This document shows, one piece after another, positions 26,160-32,000 of a DNA stretch of 32,000 nucleotides. The notes beneath the pieces were generated by a model. That model did no database searches and was not told where the DNA came from. It worked only from the letters and a program-made list of their open reading frames with translations. The first letter of the stretch is position 1, and every line of letters starts with the position of its first letter. The stretch is from Microcystis aeruginosa NIES-2549 (GTDB taxonomy: Bacteria > Cyanobacteriota > Cyanobacteriia > Cyanobacteriales > Microcystaceae). Position numbers and translations under genes: made by a program. The stretch spans positions 3,870,001 to 3,902,000 of the forward strand of contig NZ_CP011304.1 of assembly GCF_000981785.2 (NCBI RefSeq), read 5' to 3'.

Positions 26160-28211
26160 TTATAAGCCGCTATGACGGAGGAGAGGCTCGGTACTAGGTT
26201 CGCGACCGCGGAAAGCTTTAAAAACATTCATAGGATGAGAACTTCCCCCCATAGCTAAGACAGTATCGCGAAAACGGCGGCCGATCGATTTCACTGCTTC
26301 TTCGTTATCTAATCCCACTTCCTCGAAAGCGGCAAAAGCATCGGCGCTGAGAACTTCTGCCCATTTATAACTATAGTAACCCGCCGCATAACCGCCGGCG
26401 AAAATATGCCCAAAAGAACACAAGAAAGCATCTTCCGGCAGGGGAGGAATTATCGTCGTCGTCGCCGCCAAACGCTGTCTAACTTGTTTAGGAGTTTCGC
26501 TGCCATTGGGTTGATAACGATGGTGTAATTCCAAATCTACTAAAGACAAATGTAACTGACGCAGCATAGCCGAACCGCTCATATAATTCTTAGCTAGAAG
26601 CAGTTTTTGATAGTAATGTTCGGGGAGAGTTTCACCGGTTTCGTAGTGTTTGGCCATACTCATTAAAGTAGGGCGATCATAACACCAATTTTCCATAAAT
26701 TGACTGGGCAATTCCACCGCGTCCCACTCAACGTTATTAATACCCGCTGCGCCGGAATAGTCCACAGTGGTTAACATATGCTGTAAACCGTGGCCAAATT
26801 CGTGAAATAGGGTAGTTACCTCCTCAAAGGTCATTAAACTGGGGTTTCCGTCCACTGGAGGCGTTTGATTGCAGATTAAATAAGCCACAGGTAAACGCAC
26901 CTCGGTGCCGGTTTTGGCCCGACCGATACAGACATCCATCCAAGCACCGCCGCGTTTTTCGGCGGGACGACTGTAGGCATCGAGGTAGAAATAGGCGATT
27001 TTTTCGCCCTTTTCGTCGTTAATCTGGAAATAACGCACATCGGGATGCCAGATAGGGGACTGACCGTCGGCGGCGATAATTTCTACCGCAAAAATCCGTT
27101 TAGCGAGGCTAAATATGCCTTCTAAAACCCGTGGTAGGGGGAAATAGGGGCGTAATTCCTCGGCACTAAAGTTAAACTTGGCCTGACGCTGTTTTTCTGA
27201 CCAATAGGCTATATCCCAATGCTTGAGATCGTCGGTTCCCGCAAAAGTTTTTAAGGCCTCTAAATCCTGTTTTGCCGCTTCATAGCTTACTTGCCGCAAA
27301 TTGTCAAGCAATTTCTCGATTTCATCCACAGAATTGGCCATTTTCCTGGCAAGACTGACCTCGGCGTAGGTACTATAACCTAAAAGATGGGCCTGTTCCT
27401 GACGAAGTTGCAAAATGCGATCAATTAAGGGATTATTATCCAATTCTCCCAGATCTGCCCGACTAACGTAGGCTTTATAGAGTTTTTCGCGCAATTCCCG
27501 ATTATCGCTGTACTTCATAAAGGGGAAATAACTGGGAAAATCGAGGGTAATCACCCAGGGGCCGGTTTCGCTGCTGGCGTTAGTTTCCCCTTGGGTGCGG
27601 GCGGTTTGGGCGGCTAAACTAAGGAGACTAGGGGGTAAACCGGCGATATCTTCTGGGGTTGTTAGTTTCAGTTGGAAAGCTTTGGTGGCATCGAGGATGT
27701 TATTGGAAAATTTCGTGGTGATTTCCGCTAATTCCAGTTGAATCGCGTTAAATCTGTCTTTTTTCTCCCCTACTAATCCCACCCCGGCCAATTGGGCATC
27801 CCGCAGGGAAGCTTCGACAATGCGCTGTTGTGCCTCGTCTAATTGCCCCCAGCTTTCTCCTTGGCGCAGGGACAAAAATGCTTCATAAATGGGTTTACTT
27901 TGGCTTAAACGGCTAATAAACTCGACTACCTGTGGTTGTACGGTTTCGTAAGCTTGACGCAATTCTGGGCTATTTTTTACCCCCATCAGATGACCGATAA
28001 TCCCCCAACTCCAGCTTAAACGTTCTTCGATCCGGGTGAGGGGTTCGACTAATTTTTCCCAAGTGGGGGCAATCTGCGCTTCTAGATCGGTTAATTCTCG
28101 GGCCAGTTCCTGCAAAAGTTGCGTCATGCCAGGGACAATCAGGCCGGGTTGGATTTGGTCAAAAGCCGGTAATCCTTGACCGGCAAGCAGCGGGTTACTG
28201 GTGTTCGTCAT
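26160..28211 (-). CDS. prlC: oligopeptidase A (M3-family zinc metallopeptidase)
   Basis: 683-aa ORF with zinc motif HEFGHGLQH and M3-typical length and architecture. Confidence 0.92.
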   Translation of the reverse strand: MTNTSNPLLAGQGLPAFDQIQPGLIVPGMTQLLQELARELTDLEAQIAPTWEKLVEPLTRIEERLSWSWGIIGHLMGVKNSPELRQAYETVQPQVVEFISRLSQSKPIYEAFLSLRQGESWGQLDEAQQRIVEASLRDAQLAGVGLVGEKKDRFNAIQLELAEITTKFSNNILDATKAFQLKLTTPEDIAGLPPSLLSLAAQTARTQGETNASSETGPWVITLDFPSYFPFMKYSDNRELREKLYKAYVSRADLGELDNNPLIDRILQLRQEQAHLLGYSTYAEVSLARKMANSVDEIEKLLDNLRQVSYEAAKQDLEALKTFAGTDDLKHWDIAYWSEKQRQAKFNFSAEELRPYFPLPRVLEGIFSLAKRIFAVEIIAADGQSPIWHPDVRYFQINDEKGEKIAYFYLDAYSRPAEKRGGAWMDVCIGRAKTGTEVRLPVAYLICNQTPPVDGNPSLMTFEEVTTLFHEFGHGLQHMLTTVDYSGAAGINNVEWDAVELPSQFMENWCYDRPTLMSMAKHYETGETLPEHYYQKLLLAKNYMSGSAMLRQLHLSLVDLELHHRYQPNGSETPKQVRQRLAATTTIIPPLPEDAFLCSFGHIFAGGYAAGYYSYKWAEVLSADAFAAFEEVGLDNEEAVKSIGRRFRDTVLAMGGSSHPMNVFKAFRGREPSTEPLLRHSGL

Positions 28212-28302
28212 AATTGTTGGTCTGCAAGGGTGGGTAATCTGTATCTTTTACCACCCTAACCTAAATCCCTGACCATCTATCCAGGCGATCGAACGCCGGA
28301 GC

Positions 28303-28342
28303 TTTTTCAGTGATCAGTGATCAGTAATCAGTGATCAGTGGG
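28303..28342 (-). repeat. heptamer array (CAGTGAT/CAGTAAT)x4 with CAGTGGGGA and TTTTTCAG flanks
   Basis: Direct reading. The minus strand reads CCCCACTG-(ATCACTG/ATTACTG)n-AAAAAGC, about 95 nt upstream of the prlC ATG and pointing toward it. Confidence 0.9.
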
Positions 28343-28839
28343 GAGATGGGGAAGTGGGGAAATTGAACTAAAACCCCAAAACACTAAAACTCCAACACCT
28401 AAAACCTGTCTCCTATCTCCTGAATACTGTCTCCCGACTTGGAGAATACTGACTTCTAACCCAATGTGGGACAAAGATAAGCAAAAATTATTTATTGACT
28501 GCAAAAGATTGAGAATATTTAAATTAACATTCCGCAATATTTACAAATTCTTAAGAATTAATTGAGAAAGATTTTTATTTAACAACGATGTTACAAGGGT
28601 TACAGCGATTTGATAGAATTTCATAGTGGGTTATTCTGTGCTTTTTTGGGCAGCAATGGTTGAAACCCTTGCCACACCTAGAAGGTATTCCTAATTAGGA
28701 CGGTTAAATCAGTCAATTTCACCCATAACGATGATCTTTTTTTTGTGTAGTTTTATTGCAAAAAAAAAGTTTTTTTGACAAAAAGCACAAAGTATGATAT
28801 GGACAACGTATTTCTGGCTGCGAGTAATTATTGTAGAGG

Positions 28840-28860
28840 GGGAGAAGGGAGAAGGGAGAA
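28840..28860. repeat. heptamer microsatellite (GGGAGAA)x3
   Basis: Direct reading. Confidence 0.9.
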
Positions 28861-28899
28861 TAAATAAAAATAATCTCCCTAACCCCAGGAAAAACTTCT

Positions 28900-29934
28900 T
28901 CAGCAAACCCTAGTTAAGGCCTGCTCGATTCTCTGACTATCGAGGGAGCGGCCGATAAAGACCAAGCGAGTTTGCCGCATTTCCGTGGATTGCCAGGGTC
29001 GGTCGAAGAAAGAATCAAAGCGATCGCCGACTCCCTGTAACACCATACGCATCGGTTTATGGGCCACGTTAACAAATCCCTTGACCCGATAGATTTCTTC
29101 TCGGGCCACCAATTCTTTGATCCGTTGGGTCAAAATTCGGGCATCTACGGGAGAATCGAGGCAAAACTGCACGGAATTGATATCCTCATCGTGATCGTGT
29201 TCTTCCTCGTGATCATGATGACTAGGACGACTAGCTAAATCATCCTCGACGGCGGCATTAAATCCCAGTAGCACATCGGGGCTAATTTGTCCATCAGCAC
29301 AAGTAACTATTTTGACCGTTGATCGCAGTTGTGTTTTCAGCCAATTAATAATTTTTTCTAATTCAATTTCGCTGATGAGATCGGTTTTAGTTAAGAGTAC
29401 CAGGTCAGCGCAGGCTAACTGATCCTCAAATAACTCCTCAATGGGCGTTTCGTGTTCTAAATTGGGGTCTGCTTGCCTTTGTGCCGTTAAAGCGTCCAAA
29501 TCCGCCACCAGACGACCCCTAGCGACAGCAAAACCATCCACCACCGTGATTACTCCGTCCACCGTCGCACCGTTGCGGATTTCCGGCCAGCGAAAAGCTT
29601 GAACCAGAGGTTTAGGTAAAGCTAATCCCGAAGTTTCGATCAGCATACAATCCAACTGTTGCCGTCGCTCCAGCAATTTCTGCATGGTGGGTAGAAATTC
29701 TTCCTGTACTGTGCAGCACAGACAACCGTTGGTCAATTCCACAATATTATCGTTAGGGTTGTCATCGCAGGTCTGACAACTTTTCAATAAATCACCATCA
29801 ATTCCCACTTCTCCGAATTCATTGACCATAACGGCCACCCGTCGGCCTTGATTATTTTGTAGTAGATGACGGATGAGGGTAGTTTTTCCCGCACCCAGAA
29901 AACCCGTGATCACAGTAACTGGAATTTTGTGCAT
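28900..29934 (-). CDS. COG0523-family (CobW/YeiR/ZigA-like) metallochaperone GTPase with His-rich insert
   Basis: P-loop GFLGAGKTTL. Metal-binding GCLCCTV (CxCC). Switch/NKxD-like LTKTD. His/Asp/Glu-rich stretch SRPSHHDHEEEHDHDED. CobW C-terminal domain. Confidence 0.9.
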   Translation of the reverse strand: MHKIPVTVITGFLGAGKTTLIRHLLQNNQGRRVAVMVNEFGEVGIDGDLLKSCQTCDDNPNDNIVELTNGCLCCTVQEEFLPTMQKLLERRQQLDCMLIETSGLALPKPLVQAFRWPEIRNGATVDGVITVVDGFAVARGRLVADLDALTAQRQADPNLEHETPIEELFEDQLACADLVLLTKTDLISEIELEKIINWLKTQLRSTVKIVTCADGQISPDVLLGFNAAVEDDLASRPSHHDHEEEHDHDEDINSVQFCLDSPVDARILTQRIKELVAREEIYRVKGFVNVAHKPMRMVLQGVGDRFDSFFDRPWQSTEMRQTRLVFIGRSLDSQRIEQALTRVC

Positions 29935-30137
29935 AGATAGAGCGATCGATCATGTTTCTAGATCAATCTATCAGAGTTCCGGTCTAGGGTTGAGGGTTTC
30001 AGCGCTAATTCTTTAGGATTGCGCCACCAATTGCCGGACTGTCACAAACTAGCTGAAATTTTCCTAGTTAGTCGTTATTCTGGTAAAAGTTTCAGCCGGC
30101 TAAAATAATCGCTGAAAAACTTTTGTGGGAGTGGATC

Positions 30138-30326
30138 ATGTTACAACGTCTTTTTTTAGCTTTTACCCTCGCTTTTCCTCTTTATTTAAGCATTGCTATT
30201 CAACAAACTTCTCCTGTAGCGGATAGAGTAAATCGGCCTTCTTCTCGCGGAATCAATAAAATTGAGCAGACGGTAAAAACTATCCAAAAGCAATTAAAAC
30301 AAGAGCATTCGGTTCAATTAGATTAA
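30138..30326 (+). CDS. hypothetical small secreted/membrane protein
   Basis: 62-aa ORF from the ATG at 30138, with a signal-like N-terminus (MLQRLFLAFTLAFPLYLSIAI). No family recognised. Confidence 0.35.
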   Translation: MLQRLFLAFTLAFPLYLSIAIQQTSPVADRVNRPSSRGINKIEQTVKTIQKQLKQEHSVQLD

Positions 30327-30359
30327 TAAGTTTTGGCAACAAGAGGAGAGGTAAAACGG

Positions 30360-30640
30360 GTGCATCTCATTTTTGTAAATCTACTAATTTGGGATTTTTA
30401 AGGGGAAACTTTCTCCTAAAATTGGGCGTTACTTTCGGTTTTATCACTCAACCCTAGGGTTGAGTGATAGTAGGGTTGATTCATGAATCAACCCTACCCA
30501 AACCCCCCGTTGGAGCCCAAACCCCGGAGCGCATTAGTTTTTCGGTGGGATGCTTACACGCGATTGTTCATATTTTTGTACTAATTTAAGAGTCACCGAT
30601 AATTCCTAATTGTCGGTATTTCTGCAAATGTGGGATGCAC
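30360..30640 (+). mobile_element. diverged copy of the MITE-like element, inverted relative to the 2.3-3.7 kb array, with a nested 43-nt insertion
   Basis: Aligns by eye end to end with the reverse complement of 2317-2590. The TIRs are GTGCATCTCATTTTTGTAAATCTAC and the reverse complement of GTGCATCCCACATTTGCAGAAATAC (17/25 match, first 7 identical). Confidence 0.75.
30442..30497. repeat. two abutting 28-bp perfect palindromes (TATCACTCAACCCTAGGGTTGAGTGATA and GTAGGGTTGATTCATGAATCAACCCTAC)
   Basis: Self-complementarity was checked base by base. The second palindrome is identical to 9195-9222. Confidence 0.9.
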
Positions 30641-30659
30641 TAGCTAAAACTCCTTTCTT

Positions 30660-32000
30660 TCACTTTTGACTTGACAAACTACTGACTATTTGCTGCGAGG
30701 GACGGTATTCGGGAACTAAATCTTGTAGGGACTTAACTAAGCCCTGACGGTCATTAAGTTGAATATAATTAAGCAGTTGCTCTAATTTGGTTTGCAATTT
30801 GTCCCAAGCAAGAAAGTGTTCATGAGCGCAAAAAATTTTGGGGTGAGCAGTGGGACGAGCTTTATCGGTATCGATTAATAATTCTTCGTAGAGTTTTTCC
30901 CCCGGTCTTAATCCAGTGATTTCAATATCGATATCTTGCCCCAATTCCAAGCCACTTAAACGAATCATCTGTAGGGCCAAATCGTAAATTCTTACCGGTT
31001 CACCCATATCTAACAGGAATACCTCACCCCCTTGGGCCATGGCTCCCGCTTGTATAACCAAACGCACCGCCTCGGGAATAGACATAAAATAGCGAATAAT
31101 ATCGCGATGGGTGAGGGTAATATTCTTACGTTGAGCGATTTGTTCCCGGAAACGCGGCACCACGGAACCGCTGCTATCGAGAACATTGCCAAAGCGGACG
31201 ATAGCGCAACGGGTGAAACTGTTGGGTAAAGCGGCCAAAGCTTGCACGACTAACTCAGCACAGCGTTTACTGGCCCCCATAATGTTAGTCGGTCTGACGG
31301 CCTTATCGGTGGAAATGAGAACTAAATTACTAACCGAATTCTTGATCGCGGTCTGAGCGACATTTAAAGTTCCCCAAACATTAGTATAAACACCCTGACT
31401 AGGATTGGCTTCCACAAGGGGAACGTGCTTATAGGCGGCCGTGTGATAAATTGTCTCAATTTGGTGTTGTTGGATGACTCGGGCCAGATGATTGCGGTCA
31501 AGAACATTGCCTAGATAGGCATACTTGTGTAAATCGGTATAATTTTCGCTTAAATCGAGATCGATTTTGTAGAGGGAAAACTCGTTTAATTCGTAGATTA
31601 CCAAGCATTTTGGCTTGAGGAAGGCGATTTGTCGGCATAATTCCGAACCGATGGAACCACCACCCCCGGTAACTAACACCGCTTTACCGGTGACATTTTT
31701 TCCCAAAAGTTCGGGATGGGGTAGAATTTCTTCCCGTCCTAATAATTCCGAGACATCGACACTGCGAATCTGATTGATGGTCGCTTCTCCCGATAAAATC
31801 TTTGAGAGGGGAGGGACGGTTTTAATGTCGATGGGTAAAGTTTCTAGACTTTCGATGATTTGCCGCTTTCTGGCCTTGTCTAGGTTCGGAATAGCGAGAA
31901 CAACCCAGTCAAAGGCCCGTTTTTGGTGCAGTAGTGCCAATTGAGAGGGGGAGTAAACCCTAATGCCTTGGATAACTCGCTGCTGCAAATTGGGATTATC
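30660..32000 (-). CDS. polysaccharide biosynthesis protein, CapD/PglF/WbpM-like NDP-sugar 4,6-dehydratase (5' end beyond the window)
   Basis: Rossmann motif VTGGGGSIGSEL, catalytic AAYKHVP (YxxxK), ISTDKAV. The frame stays open to the window edge, so the N-terminal membrane domain is probably outside. Confidence 0.88.
   Translation of the reverse strand, partial: DNPNLQQRVIQGIRVYSPSQLALLHQKRAFDWVVLAIPNLDKARKRQIIESLETLPIDIKTVPPLSKILSGEATINQIRSVDVSELLGREEILPHPELLGKNVTGKAVLVTGGGGSIGSELCRQIAFLKPKCLVIYELNEFSLYKIDLDLSENYTDLHKYAYLGNVLDRNHLARVIQQHQIETIYHTAAYKHVPLVEANPSQGVYTNVWGTLNVAQTAIKNSVSNLVLISTDKAVRPTNIMGASKRCAELVVQALAALPNSFTRCAIVRFGNVLDSSGSVVPRFREQIAQRKNITLTHRDIIRYFMSIPEAVRLVIQAGAMAQGGEVFLLDMGEPVRIYDLALQMIRLSGLELGQDIDIEITGLRPGEKLYEELLIDTDKARPTAHPKIFCAHEHFLAWDKLQTKLEQLLNYIQLNDRQGLVKSLQDLVPEYRPSQQIVSSLSSQK

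Noticed and set aside
28328-28906. ORFs 28328-28537 (-), 28338-28565 (+) and 28709-28906 (-)
   Set aside because: They are translations of repeat or low-complexity, AT-rich spacer DNA. Two of them overlap each other on opposite strands, and no motifs are present.
28897-28911. 15-nt identity between the 3' end of the COG0523 CDS (minus strand CTAGGGTTTGCTGAA) and the left end of the IS5-family element (9858-9872)
   Set aside because: A single 15-mer match between two strands of a 32-kb window is about what chance allows. It lies inside an intact reading frame and there is no further IS-like sequence.

Overview
This looks like a cyanobacterial chromosome segment, probably Microcystis-like. Evidence: the petC-petA operon, at least nine GCGATCGC (HIP1) palindromes, and dense 7-nt STRR-type repeats. 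I cannot verify the taxon without a database search.

About 20 well-supported housekeeping CDS are present:
- ABC1/UbiB kinase
- ManC-like guanylyltransferase
- petC and petA
- a two-domain PTPS/QueD-like protein
- an SDR oxidoreductase
- two tandem ammonium transporters
- ribD
- htpG
- an XPB/Rad25-like helicase
- pterin-4a-carbinolamine dehydratase
- a HIBADH-type dehydrogenase
- a membrane-anchored coiled-coil protein ending in a LigA-type BRCT domain
- oligopeptidase A
- a His-rich COG0523 GTPase
- a partial CapD-like dehydratase

Two decayed accessory patches are present:
- 9.3-12.1 kb: a histidine-kinase pseudogene cut by an IS5-family element that abuts an IS1-family remnant.
- 24.3-26.2 kb: hicB with a frameshifted hicA, a TnpB N-terminal remnant, a small ORF pair, and a 93-bp tandem hairpin repeat.

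I found no tRNA, rRNA or CRISPR, and no coherent multi-gene defence or biosynthetic system.

The most unusual content is non-coding:
1. Four near-identical 365-bp head-to-tail units (a TIR-bounded ~275-bp MITE plus a heptamer tract) sit flush against the ABC1 kinase start codon. A diverged inverted MITE copy lies at 30.4 kb.
2. A composite heptamer element with conserved core and flanks lies just 5' of five genes, always in the same orientation relative to the gene.
3. Small perfect palindromes are nested inside other repeats.

All functional readings of these repeats are inference.
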